Positions 9,013 to 18,861 are shown, numbered from the stretch's first letter. The stretch: DNA of 64,000 bases from an uncultured bacterium (GCA_963848635.1 CAWKEA010000005.1:175341-239340), one strand, 5' to 3'. Notes: generated by a model not told the origin, from the sequence alone. Numbers and translations are program-made.

Positions 9013-9645
9013 ATGGATCCCGTCAACAAACTCATCGAGCTCTTCTCCGAATTCCCCGGCATCGGGCCGAGGCAGGCGCGGCGGTTCGCGTATTTCATTT
9101 TGACGCGCAACAACGGCTTTTTGGATGATTTTACAAGGAATATCGCGGCGGCAAAGAAATCGTTGCGGGTTTGCTCGATGTGCCAGCGCTTCTTTACTTC
9201 TGCGGAGGGTAGACCTCCGCAGGCCGCAAAGACATGCCCCATCTGCTCTGACGACACGCGCGACCAGGCCAGCCTCATGATCGTCGCACGCGACAGCGAT
9301 TTCGAAGCGATAGAAAAGAGCGGCGTCTATCATGGCCTTTATTTCATCCTCGGCGGCAGTGTGCCGATCCTCGAAAAAGAGCCGGAAAAGAGAGTGCGAT
9401 TGGCGGAGCTCAAAAAGCGAGTGCAAGGCGTTGGTCAAGATGTCATCTTGACAGAGATCATCCTCTCTATGAGCGTCACGCCTGACGGCGAGCATACGGC
9501 AGAAGTCGTCAAAGCTTTCCTTGAAAAGTCGATCGACGCTGAAAAAGTCAAAATAACTGTCTTGGGCAAAGGCCTTTCGACGGGAACGGAGCTGGAGTAT
9601 TCTGATACGGAGACGCTCAAGAATGCGCTCAAAAATCGGGCTTGA
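9013..9645 (+). CDS. recR: Recombination mediator RecR
   Basis: FPGIGPRQARR HhH, CxxC...CxxC, Toprim region, GTELEYSD. Confidence 0.95.
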   Translation: MDPVNKLIELFSEFPGIGPRQARRFAYFILTRNNGFLDDFTRNIAAAKKSLRVCSMCQRFFTSAEGRPPQAAKTCPICSDDTRDQASLMIVARDSDFEAIEKSGVYHGLYFILGGSVPILEKEPEKRVRLAELKKRVQGVGQDVILTEIILSMSVTPDGEHTAEVVKAFLEKSIDAEKVKITVLGKGLSTGTELEYSDTETLKNALKNRA

Positions 9646-9780
9646 CGGATTGTTAAAAAATGATAAACTTTTCTTGGATCCTTAACTGCATGGTTAAGTC
9701 GTTCGTTGCATCGATAGATGGCGAATAAGGAAGTGTACGCATTCTTCTTCTAATGCATAATCGAGAGAAAGGAGTGCTGT

Positions 9781-10161
9781 ATGGCACACCAAAATAAGAT
9801 AATAAAAGCACCGTCAAAATGGGACCTCCACCTGGCCTTCTTTGATTTGATTCCAGAAAGGTCTGCATCGCAGGAAACTCGGCGAACAGCCCGGTTCGAT
9901 GTCAGAGGACCTGATTTTGTTCCCTTTCCAACGGACATTTGGCCCGGTGAAACATACAGAGTCGATCTGGTGATCGATATGCTTGAATGGGAGGACGGGT
10001 CAGGAAATAGCTGGAATTTCAAAGGTCACGTAAAGATGATCAACTTCGTTCATGAAGAATGGAATGTAGTTCAAGGCCGATTTAGCACTACGAATCGTAC
10101 CGGATGGATTGAGTACCTGGAAAAGCCCCTCTCACACCAACTGGCTTCATCAATAAAATAA
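9781..10161 (+). CDS. Hypothetical protein
   Basis: 126 aa, strong SD (GAAAGGAG) upstream and terminator downstream. Confidence 0.65.
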   Translation: MAHQNKIIKAPSKWDLHLAFFDLIPERSASQETRRTARFDVRGPDFVPFPTDIWPGETYRVDLVIDMLEWEDGSGNSWNFKGHVKMINFVHEEWNVVQGRFSTTNRTGWIEYLEKPLSHQLASSIK

Positions 10162-10190
10162 CCTATCTTTAGTGGATTTTATCCGACACC

Positions 10191-10213
10191 AAAACCGCCC
10201 TCCCGGCGGTTTT
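10191..10213. terminator. Probable intrinsic terminator
   Basis: AAAACCGCC-CTCCC-GGCGGTTTT. Confidence 0.65.
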
Positions 10214-10515
10214 CCTTTGTTAAATTTTGAGGTCGCAAATTGTGACCTCAAAAATCATAAAGCGACGCCTCCTGGAGATTTATTTTTTTAGGCCTACATT
10301 TTTTAATCGTAGGATCGTACGATTTTCCAAGACTCATAGCCGTACAATTAACGTTTTGCATGCCAAATCGTAGAATTGTACGGTTTACAAAAGCCTCATT
10401 TAAAAAGATATGCCATAGATACATACCATCAAAAAAGCTGCTTCTAAGCGACTTTTTTATTTGTGTTTTTCCTTTTATACTTTTTATATTTTCAGGCCTA
10501 TTATTTAAAATCCTA

Positions 10516-10875
10516 TTATTTGAAATCCTCTATCTTTATCGAAAAATATGGTTGGCGATGGCCGGCTTTCTTGAAATACTTGCTCTTTTGCTTGTACTTG
10601 ATGACCGTGACTTTTTTGGCACGGGCGATCCGAGCGATAGTGCCGGTGACGCGGGCCTTTTCGATATACGGAGTGCCGATAGTAGTGTCAGAGCCATTGT
10701 CGACGAGCAAAACCTTGTCAAAGACGACTTTGTCGCCCTCCTTATATTCGGCGGTTTTTGCGGCGTCTTTGCCGTCCCCTTTTCCTTTTGGAGCCGCGAG
10801 CTTTTCAATGCGAATGAGGTCGCCTTTTGCAACGGTGTATTGCTTGCCGCCTGTTTCGATGATGGCTATTTCCAT
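10516..10875 (-). CDS. rplU: 50S ribosomal protein L21
   Basis: AIIETGGKQY.V..GD...IEKL, GTPYI, GHRQPY. Confidence 0.96.
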   Translation of the reverse strand: MEIAIIETGGKQYTVAKGDLIRIEKLAAPKGKGDGKDAAKTAEYKEGDKVVFDKVLLVDNGSDTTIGTPYIEKARVTGTIARIARAKKVTVIKYKQKSKYFKKAGHRQPYFSIKIEDFK

Positions 10876-10976
10876 AGGGAATTATTCTCGCATATTTGTA
10901 AAAAGAATGCAAATTTTAGCTTCCCTTGTCGGACTCAAAAAACCGAGCGACCAGTTGAAGGCTGGCACGACTGCAT

Positions 10977-11669
10977 TCAAACGCTGAGCGCCATATATTC
11001 CAAAAGCTGTTTTACGGATGCCGCGCGATCGCGGAGATATGATTCGGTTCGCGCGATGGCGGCAAGAGGAGCGGCGTTCTTTTCGATGCCGCTGTCATGC
11101 AAAAGCTTCGAGAGATCCGCGCAGAATTCGAGAGCGGCGCTTTTCGGCTTTTTGCCGTCAGAGATATCCGCGGATAGCTTGTCGGCAAAGGCGACGCGGC
11201 TAGCCAGCGGTGAAGCGAGAAAATCCCGTACGAGATCCGATCTCGTGGCCGATACAAGATCCGATCTTGTAGTCCGCACCATGTAAAGCCTCGAACGCAC
11301 CGTCGGCAGGAGCGATTCATCCGAAGGTATGACGATGAAAAAAAGCGCGTACCCGTTCGGCTCCTCGAGCATCTTTAAAAGAGCGTTTTGCGCTTCGTGC
11401 GTGATCGAACGGATCACGATGACAAAAAATCTCCGAGCGACATCGCCGCCCCGCGAAGAGAACGGCCGCGTGGCGTGCATATCCTTTAGCTCGCGGGCAT
11501 CGTCGATGGTCAGAATTTCATACGTACGGACGAAGACGTCGGGATTGCCTTGAATTGAGACGCCCTGCTTTTCCTTTAAAAAAGAAAGTATCTCTAGTTG
11601 CGCGTCTTCAGCGCCGACGATGCAGTAGGCATGATGAGAAAGATTTCCGAGCGATTGCGATAGTTCCAT
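10977..11669 (-). CDS. holB: DNA polymerase III delta-prime-like subunit
   Basis: HHAY, NPDV, TIDDAR, ITHEAQNALLKMLEEP, LLPTVRSR. Confidence 0.85.
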   Translation of the reverse strand: MELSQSLGNLSHHAYCIVGAEDAQLEILSFLKEKQGVSIQGNPDVFVRTYEILTIDDARELKDMHATRPFSSRGGDVARRFFVIVIRSITHEAQNALLKMLEEPNGYALFFIVIPSDESLLPTVRSRLYMVRTTRSDLVSATRSDLVRDFLASPLASRVAFADKLSADISDGKKPKSAALEFCADLSKLLHDSGIEKNAAPLAAIARTESYLRDRAASVKQLLEYMALSV

Positions 11670-11868
11670 GCCAGCTATTGTATCAAATAGTCCCGGCAAA
11701 ATCTGTCTCTTCAAGATTCTCCGATGATTTGTCGTCGTTGATTCACGATGAATGATGGGCTGAACTCACGTGGCTCGCCCTTGGATATGGCATAGACACC
11801 AGTAATTTCAAGTGGTATAACTACAACAGTTAGCCCTTTAAAGAACTTTCAACAAAAGGAGATTCCAA

Positions 11869-13434
11869 ATGAAGATACAAATGAAACGGACGGGAAACGA
11901 CAGTTGGCCGCTCGTGCGGTTCATAGTGCCCGCATATCCCGAAGTGAACATATTCTCCGGCAGTAGGATCACTCCGCTCGGCATCATAAACGTAGCCTCG
12001 TCCGCCAGCACGCTGTGGGGATGGAGGGTGGAGATCATCGACGAGAACAACTACAGGGGTCCGCGGGACGAGAACGGCCTGCCCGACCATAGGAGATTGC
12101 AGGATGAGAACCCCGCTTCAGTCATCGGCTTTTATTGCGGGCTCTCTTCTACTATGGACCGCGTATTCGAACTGTCGAGATTCTACTCGGATCAAGGCAC
12201 CGTGAATATGGGCGGCGGCTGGCATGCCCACTACTGCCCCGCCGAGGTCCTCGAGCATGACTTCGACATCGTCATCCATGGAGACGGCGAGCTTGTCACG
12301 AGAGACATCCTGCAGGCGCTCATGAATGACAGCGATGTGACGGGCCTCGCCGGGATATCGTTCTCGCAGGACGGCGTCAAAAAGACGAACCCACCGCACG
12401 CGCTCGAGCTCGAAGACCTGAGCAGTCTGCCGTATCCGAACTTCGGCCTTATACGATATGCGAGAAAGATAAAGACATATCCGATCGGCAGGACTCGCGG
12501 TTGCTCAAAGCATTGCGAGTTCTGTAGCGTCAAGGGAGCGCCGCGGTCCGCCGATCCGCGCTCCACATTCGGCGTCGTGCAATGGCTCGTCGAGAAGAGG
12601 AATGCCAAGCATTTCTTCATCGTCGACGATAGGTTGGATGGCGACCGCCAAGGTCTTCTGGAGCTCCTCGGCCTCATCAGTGAAAAGTACGGCGATCGCC
12701 TTCATTTCACTGTTCAGATCAGATTGGAAGCCGCCAAGGACGCAGAGCTCCTCCTCGCCATGCAGAAAGCGGGCATAAGGACCGTCTGTATCGGCTATGA
12801 GTCGCCGATAGCTGAAGACCTGAAGTCGATGCATAAAGGCCTGTCGCCCAAGGACATGATCGAATGGACGCTCGTCATGCGAAAGTATTTTTGGGTCCAC
12901 GGCATGTTCATATTCGGATATCCGAACATCGAACCGTCGAAGATATCCGTCGCTGAAGCGGTGAAGCGGTACGAGCAATTCATCCGAAAAGCCGGCATCA
13001 GCAGTATCCAGGTCCTTCACCCGGTGCCGCTCGTCGGAACAGAGCTCCGCGCGCGGCTTGAAAGCGAGGGCCGTCTGTTCCCTCTCGGCGTCGTGCCGTG
13101 GAGGATGTATGACGGCAGTTACGCTTGTTTCCTGCCGGGCAACATGACCATCGCGGAGCTTCAAAACGCTCCGATCGAGATCATGAGATGGTTCTACAAC
13201 CCGTGGAGCTTCTGGCGGATACCTTTGAGAACGCTGGTTTTCCCGATCCATTATCTCGTCGCTGGCTGGAAGCATTGGCATTACGCATGGTTACGCGATC
13301 TGGTGAGGTATGGCGGACATCGTATCCTGCTCAAATGGTTCAGCAACCCCGCAAGCAGGAATTTCGCCGCCACATTGGAAAAGCACGCCAAAGCGCGTAG
13401 GCCTTTCAGCCGAAAAGCCGTTCCTCAAGCATAG
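11869..13434 (+). CDS. B12-binding domain radical SAM protein
   Basis: GGWHA, GDGE, RGCSKHCEFC (CxxxCxxC), IGYES, FIFGYP; SD AAAGGAG. Confidence 0.9.
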   Translation: MKIQMKRTGNDSWPLVRFIVPAYPEVNIFSGSRITPLGIINVASSASTLWGWRVEIIDENNYRGPRDENGLPDHRRLQDENPASVIGFYCGLSSTMDRVFELSRFYSDQGTVNMGGGWHAHYCPAEVLEHDFDIVIHGDGELVTRDILQALMNDSDVTGLAGISFSQDGVKKTNPPHALELEDLSSLPYPNFGLIRYARKIKTYPIGRTRGCSKHCEFCSVKGAPRSADPRSTFGVVQWLVEKRNAKHFFIVDDRLDGDRQGLLELLGLISEKYGDRLHFTVQIRLEAAKDAELLLAMQKAGIRTVCIGYESPIAEDLKSMHKGLSPKDMIEWTLVMRKYFWVHGMFIFGYPNIEPSKISVAEAVKRYEQFIRKAGISSIQVLHPVPLVGTELRARLESEGRLFPLGVVPWRMYDGSYACFLPGNMTIAELQNAPIEIMRWFYNPWSFWRIPLRTLVFPIHYLVAGWKHWHYAWLRDLVRYGGHRILLKWFSNPASRNFAATLEKHAKARRPFSRKAVPQA

Positions 13435-13488
13435 ATCACGGCCGCACAGAAACGGCCTATCCGAAATCAGGATCTTTATGATTCATCA

Positions 13489-13520
13489 CACCCCGCAGGC
13501 TTTTGTCTGGCGGGGTTTTT
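13489..13520 (+). terminator. Probable intrinsic terminator
   Basis: ACCCCGCAG...TGGCGGGGT followed by T-tract. Confidence 0.55.
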
Positions 13521-13577
13521 ATTTTATATCTGCCTTATCTGCACCAATAGTATGATTGGGACATTGTTTTCGAAACG

Positions 13578-14333
13578 CTATTTCTTCGCGTCGCCTTTTA
13601 TCGTGGCGATCGCTTCCTGCACCGTCGTCATGAATTGCGCCGGGAAGATGATGGTGGAATTCTTTTCCGTGGCGATCTCTGACATTGTCTGGAGCGTGCG
13701 CAATTGAAGGGCGACCGGGTGCTGGGAGATGATGTCAGCCGCTTCGCCGAGCTTGACCGATGCCTGGAACTCGCCTTCCGCGGCGACGATCTTGGCTCTG
13801 CGCTCGCGCTCTGCTTCGGCTTCTTTTGCCATCGCTCTCTGCATGTTATCCGGCAAAGTGATGTCTTTGATCTCGACGGCTGTCACTTGGGCGCCCCATG
13901 GCTCGGTGTGCGTGTCGATGACGTCCTTGATCTGCACGTTGATGTCGCCCGTCTGCGACAGGAGCTGGTCGAGCATGAATTTGCCGACGACGTTTCGGAC
14001 GGTGGTCTGGCTGATCTGATTGACCGCGTCATGGACGTTCTCGATGGCTATGACGGATTTTTTCGGATCGACGATGTGATAATAGGCAACGGCCGCGATG
14101 TCGATGGAGACGTTATCCTTTGTGATTATCTTTTGCGACGGGATGTTCATGGTGATCGTGCGCAGAGTGACCTTTGTCATGCGTTCAAAGACAGGTATAA
14201 GGATGATGAGGCCGGGACCTCTGACGCCCGTGCATTTGCCGAGAAAAAATATGACGCCGCGATCGTACTCTTTGACTACTTTTAGCGATAATGCGAGCAG
14301 GATGACGACGATTATGATTATTGTGTATAGCAT
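13578..14333 (-). CDS. SPFH/band 7 (stomatin-like) protein
   Basis: [40 protein letters not shown]. Confidence 0.95.
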   Translation of the reverse strand: MLYTIIIIVVILLALSLKVVKEYDRGVIFFLGKCTGVRGPGLIILIPVFERMTKVTLRTITMNIPSQKIITKDNVSIDIAAVAYYHIVDPKKSVIAIENVHDAVNQISQTTVRNVVGKFMLDQLLSQTGDINVQIKDVIDTHTEPWGAQVTAVEIKDITLPDNMQRAMAKEAEAERERRAKIVAAEGEFQASVKLGEAADIISQHPVALQLRTLQTMSEIATEKNSTIIFPAQFMTTVQEAIATIKGDAKK

Positions 14334-14437
14334 GAATGTAGTATAGCGCGATTTTCTTGAACTAGTAAGGATTTCTTACTAGTTGGATTTTACTTTGAAC
14401 TATTAAGCAATCTTTAATGGTTGGGGTTGGCACAGCT

Positions 14438-14953
14438 TTATTGACGGCTTTTTGGCTCCATATCCTTTGTAAGTTTGAAGACGAGCTTGCCCTTCAATTT
14501 GCCCTGATATTTTGGAGACGACATGAGAGCCAGTGTCTCGTCGAGCCCTTCCACAGCTTCAGGTGATCTCTCTAGCTTGTAATGATTGAGAGCATAGCCC
14601 TGCTTTAAATACTCCTTCAAGACACCTGTCGCCCATATGCGGAATTGAGTGGCTTTTTTGGAATTAACCCGATAACCGACAGCGATAATGGCGTCGAGGT
14701 TATAAAACTTCGTATCTCGTTTTACCTTGCGACCGCTTTCGTTTTGAACTATTCGGAATTTCCGAATAGTTGAGATTTCATCTAACTCATCTGTCATGAA
14801 TATATTTTTCAAATGTTCATTGACTGTTGGAACGCTTATTTCAAACAAGTCGCTGATCTGTGCTTGCGTTGCCCAAATGGTGTCCTTTTCGATATCCGCC
14901 CGCAATTCGACGTTACCATCCTTGTCCTCAAAAATGACGATGTTGTTTTTCAT
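14438..14953 (-). CDS. RhuM-family (virulence protein-like) DNA-binding protein
   Basis: TIWATQAQISDLF, YNLDAIIAVGYRVNSKKATQFRIWAT.VLKEY. Confidence 0.9.
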   Translation of the reverse strand: MKNNIVIFEDKDGNVELRADIEKDTIWATQAQISDLFEISVPTVNEHLKNIFMTDELDEISTIRKFRIVQNESGRKVKRDTKFYNLDAIIAVGYRVNSKKATQFRIWATGVLKEYLKQGYALNHYKLERSPEAVEGLDETLALMSSPKYQGKLKGKLVFKLTKDMEPKSRQ

Positions 14954-15295
14954 AGTTATGAAAATAATTAATTAGTAAAAAATCACCGGCTGATTTTGCC
15001 AGACACAAGCGACATCAGTAGAGAAAAAGTGGATGTCGAAATCAAACTACGCTGCGAGGATAAATAAACGAGATGATAGCGTGGGGATAGTATAGCAGAA
15101 ATCTGGGAGAAATACAGAAACCGCAACATTTCTGCTGCGGTTTCGCGTTCTGCCACCGAAGCGACAGAAAGTATGTATGTATAATAGCGCGCTGTGAGCA
15201 AATGTCAAGGGAAGTTTTGGGATATTGGAAGTGCAATCAGTCTAGGCTGCCTCAGGCTTTTGCCAAGCGGGGTTTTTGATTTTGGTCTTATATAA

Positions 15296-15610
15296 TTAAT
15301 TGCCCTTACTCATTTTAGAATTAGTAAAAATCAGCCAGATTATCATAATAATATTGATTACAGGAATGAAAAGTAAAAAGGCTGCAAGTTTTTCTCTACC
15401 TAATGTATCCAAACGGTTTCGAACTATTAAATACAACCAAATAACTGCACATAAAATCACGATGCTAAAAACGCTACTGAACAGCACAATACTACCAAAT
15501 GGGATTAGGCAGTAAGATACTAAATACAAGACAATTGGTGTCCCCACCAAAAGACCAAGCAGGGTTAGGACATATTTCTTTCCACTAATAGGTGGTTTTA
15601 TAAAATTCAT
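15296..15610 (-). CDS. Small membrane protein (DUF805-like)
   Basis: Three hydrophobic segments, RNRLDTLG, LFIPVINII. Confidence 0.6.
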   Translation of the reverse strand: MNFIKPPISGKKYVLTLLGLLVGTPIVLYLVSYCLIPFGSIVLFSSVFSIVILCAVIWLYLIVRNRLDTLGREKLAAFLLFIPVINIIMIIWLIFTNSKMSKGN

Positions 15611-15724
15611 TTATTTTTTCTTGTGACTTATATAGTATAACTCTATTTGCTTTTTACACCAGTCTTAGCTCTTTTATGTAATACCAAAGCGAATAATGCA
15701 CCCATGCAAAGCTAAATTCATTTC

Positions 15725-16408
15725 TCAAATTATTTCTGGTAATGGCAATGAAAGCACTCCAAGATTTGTCAGATCTGTACCAGATCCACGCTTTAAAAAA
15801 GTTGCGAGCTCCTTCTGGTTTATGTTCTTCTGTATAACTGAATGAAGGTTAAACGATAATCTCCATTTTAATGGATAGATTTGAACAAGTTCATAATCGT
15901 CTTCATATGAGGAAGCTGACAAAATAAATATATTAGCAAAAGGGATTGATATCTTATTTATTGAATCGAAAATTGCATCATAGTCTAATAAATATCCGCC
16001 CTTGCGTGCATATATTAGTAGCTGAAAATAATCAGGATAAGATTTAAATGATTTTTGTTTGATAATATCTTCAATTGTTTTTGAATGTTCTTCAAAGTCA
16101 GTGATCTCAATATTATAAACACCTCGATGATAATTACCGTTGATAATATCAATTTTATAACCATAAATATCTGGGGTCGCCTCTTCGACAACTATTTCCA
16201 GCCAATATTGTGATGGTTGGATTTCGTTGAGACCTAACAAAAAAACTCCAGCAACCCAAGCTTCTCTCTCATGTTTAGTACCATTTGCTAAAATACGCTT
16301 GAGATCGTTCCCACATCTTTCCAATAAAATATCCAGTCTCTTGATTGCAATGGATGGGCTCATCCAAATACCCTTGTAATTTTTTACGTTATATTTTTCA
16401 AAATTCAT
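15725..16408 (-). CDS. AT-rich hypothetical protein, possible PD-(D/E)XK-like fold
   Basis: 227 aa, ATGA overlap with uvrB stop; EATPDIYG...IEIT pattern. Confidence 0.6.
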   Translation of the reverse strand: MNFEKYNVKNYKGIWMSPSIAIKRLDILLERCGNDLKRILANGTKHEREAWVAGVFLLGLNEIQPSQYWLEIVVEEATPDIYGYKIDIINGNYHRGVYNIEITDFEEHSKTIEDIIKQKSFKSYPDYFQLLIYARKGGYLLDYDAIFDSINKISIPFANIFILSASSYEDDYELVQIYPLKWRLSFNLHSVIQKNINQKELATFLKRGSGTDLTNLGVLSLPLPEII

Positions 16409-18738
16409 CTTTTTGCTCTTCTTTTCCCCCTCTTCTCCGGCGCCACGAGATTGAACTTCTTTCTCAAAACCAATATCTCATCGCGTAGAATAGCGGCAGT
16501 CTCGAAATCGAGCTCTTTGACAGCATCGGCCATCTGCTCTTCTTTCTCGCGGACAAGGCCTTTTGGATCGGTTCGCATACGTTCGGAATCGATGACAACA
16601 AGATCGCCGACGGCTTGGTCATGGTCACTCCTCATCTGGTCGGTGATGTCGTGGATGGCTTTCTTGATAGTGATCGGGGTGATGCCATGCGCGGTGTTGT
16701 AGGCGACCTGAATGGCGCGGCGGCGGTTGGTTTCGTTGATGGCGTATTGCATCGAGCCGGTCATGTTGTCGGCGTACAGGATGACGCGGCCGGCGGCGTT
16801 GCGAGCGGCGCGGCCGATCGTCTGGATAAGGGCCGTCTCAGAGCGCAGGAAGCCTTCCTTGTCTGCATCGAGGATGCCGATGAGGGACACCTCGGGCAGG
16901 TCGAGGCCCTCGCGCAAGAGGTTAACGCCGACGAGGATGTCATACGTGCCTTTGCGGAATTCGGTCAAAATATTGATGCGCTCGATCGTCTTGATGTCGC
17001 TGTGGAGATAGGCCGCCTTTATCTTCTTTTCCTTTAAAAATTCGCTCAGATCCTCGGCCATTTTTTTGGTCAAAGTAGTGGCAAGGACGCGGTCGCCTTT
17101 CGCGATCACTTTTTCCGATTCGTCTATAAAGTCGAAAATCTGGCCTTTGTAGGCGGAATTTTTACTGCGCTCATCGGCAGAAATTTCTCGCAACTCGCTA
17201 CCTGTACCTGTCGCTTTCGACGACTTTGAAAAGTCGGCAAGATTCTTGTCATCTTTTTGAGTCGACGGTAAAGACATACCCCCCGCTTGTTCAGAAAGAT
17301 CATTTTGTCGCGACGATTCGCCTCCCCTACCTTTTACTTTTGACGACTTTGAAAAGTCGGCAAGATTCTTGTCATCTTTTGCAGGCATGCCTGAGGACAT
17401 AGCCGCCCCTTGTATAGCTGTCCCTTGCATAGCAACTCCTTGCAAAATCGGTCTGACTTCAACTTCTGGGTCAATAAGGCCGGTCGGACGTATGACTTGT
17501 TCCACGATCTGCTCGCTGACTTCCCTCTCGTAGTCGCTCGGCGTCGCGGACGTAAAGACGACAGGACCGACGCGTTCCTGAAACTCTTCGAACGAGAGCG
17601 GGCGATTGTCGCGGGCGGAGGGCAAGCGGAAACCGTAGTCGACGAGCGTCTGCTTGCGGCTGGCGTCACCCGCACGCATGCCGCGGATCTGTGGCACTGT
17701 CACGTGCGATTCGTCGATGATAGTAAGAAAATCAGGCTTGCCGTCTTTGGTTTTTGGAAAATATGATAGAAGTGAATCCGGCGGTTCACCCGGCTGTTTG
17801 CCAGAGAAATGGCGCGAGTAATTTTCGATGCCGTTGCAGTAGCCGACCTCCTTGATCATGGCAAGGTCATAGCGGACGCGGCGCTTGAGGCGCTCGGCTT
17901 CCAAAACTTTTCCTGCTTTTTCAAGCTCGGCCAAACGGTCTTTGAGCTCGGCTTGTATAGTGCCAAATGCGCGCTTTGCATCGTCGTCGCTCGTGACAAA
18001 ATGCTTTGCAGGAAATATAAAAATGCTCCGTGGCTCGCCGCGCAGGGTGCGATTGACCGGGTCGATCTCCATGATGCTCGCGATGGTCGAACCGGAATAT
18101 TCGATGCGATAGAGCGTCTTGTCGCTGACCGGCATGATCTCGACCGTGTTGCCGACAGCGCGGAAAAAACCCGGTTTGAGGTCAGCGCTTGTCCTGGTGA
18201 AATGAATGTCAATGAGCTTTCTTATCAGTTCAAGTCGGGACAGTTCCATTCCCCGTTCCAGCTTTACATTGACCTTCATATATTCTTCAGGACTGCCCAA
18301 ACCATAGATACAAGAAACCGATGCGACGATGATGACATCGCGGCGCGTGAGGAGAGCCTGCGTCGATGCGTGGCGCAAACGATCGATCTCCTCGTTTATC
18401 ATCGCTTCCTTTTCAATATACGTATCCGTCGCGGGCATGTATGCTTCAGGCTGATAAAAATCATAGTACGAGACGAAATAGTGCACAGCGTTATCAGGAA
18501 AGAATTCCTTGTACTCCTGCGCGAGCTGGGCGGCGAGCGTCTTGTTATGCGCGATGACGAGCGTCGGCTTGTCGAAATTCTGAATGATATTTGCCGCTGT
18601 GAATGTCTTGCCAGAACCTGTTACGCCGAGCAGGGTCTCGTGCCGCATGCCCTTTTTAAGGCCTTCGGTGAGGTCTTTTATAGCCTTTGGCTGGTCGCCG
18701 GCCGGCTTCCAGTCTGAACGGAGGTTGAAAGTTGACAT
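16405..18738 (-). CDS. uvrB: Excinuclease ABC subunit B with about 100-aa internal insertion
   Basis: GVTGSGKT, YFVSYYDFYQPEAY, IDESHV, NLLREGLDLPEV, QTIGRAARN. Confidence 0.97.
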   Translation of the reverse strand: MSTFNLRSDWKPAGDQPKAIKDLTEGLKKGMRHETLLGVTGSGKTFTAANIIQNFDKPTLVIAHNKTLAAQLAQEYKEFFPDNAVHYFVSYYDFYQPEAYMPATDTYIEKEAMINEEIDRLRHASTQALLTRRDVIIVASVSCIYGLGSPEEYMKVNVKLERGMELSRLELIRKLIDIHFTRTSADLKPGFFRAVGNTVEIMPVSDKTLYRIEYSGSTIASIMEIDPVNRTLRGEPRSIFIFPAKHFVTSDDDAKRAFGTIQAELKDRLAELEKAGKVLEAERLKRRVRYDLAMIKEVGYCNGIENYSRHFSGKQPGEPPDSLLSYFPKTKDGKPDFLTIIDESHVTVPQIRGMRAGDASRKQTLVDYGFRLPSARDNRPLSFEEFQERVGPVVFTSATPSDYEREVSEQIVEQVIRPTGLIDPEVEVRPILQGVAMQGTAIQGAAMSSGMPAKDDKNLADFSKSSKVKGRGGESSRQNDLSEQAGGMSLPSTQKDDKNLADFSKSSKATGTGSELREISADERSKNSAYKGQIFDFIDESEKVIAKGDRVLATTLTKKMAEDLSEFLKEKKIKAAYLHSDIKTIERINILTEFRKGTYDILVGVNLLREGLDLPEVSLIGILDADKEGFLRSETALIQTIGRAARNAAGRVILYADNMTGSMQYAINETNRRRAIQVAYNTAHGITPITIKKAIHDITDQMRSDHDQAVGDLVVIDSERMRTDPKGLVREKEEQMADAVKELDFETAAILRDEILVLRKKFNLVAPEKRGKRRAKR

Positions 18739-18795
18739 AAAGGATACTATAGCGCATCGCGCATGATGGGGCAATGAAAAAAGATTTTAATCTTT

Positions 18796-18839
18796 CTTTA
18801 GAATTATTTTAACTTTTCTTAATAACTTTTTGATATGGT
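18796..18839 (+). promoter_or_regulatory. Conserved 28-bp box plus -10-like hexamer (TATGGT) upstream of dprA
   Basis: CTTTAGAATTATTTTAACTTTTCTTAAT-AACTTTTTGA-TATGGT. Confidence 0.75.
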
Positions 18840-18861
18840 TGTGAGGTTTGATAAAAAACTT

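Noticed and set aside
10360-11286. 308-aa plus-strand ORF and similar long antisense ORFs (17809-18717, 21203-22120, 47756-48736)
   Set aside because: Shadow frames opposite rplU/holB, uvrB, topA and rpsA; no recognisable motifs.
14438-16408. Prophage or integrative island
   Set aside because: No integrase, att repeats or phage structural genes; treated as cargo genes instead.
17150-17450. Possible intein or intron in uvrB
   Set aside because: No C/S start with HN-C/S/T end, no homing endonuclease motifs, no recognisable group I/II core; the insert is made of short repeats.
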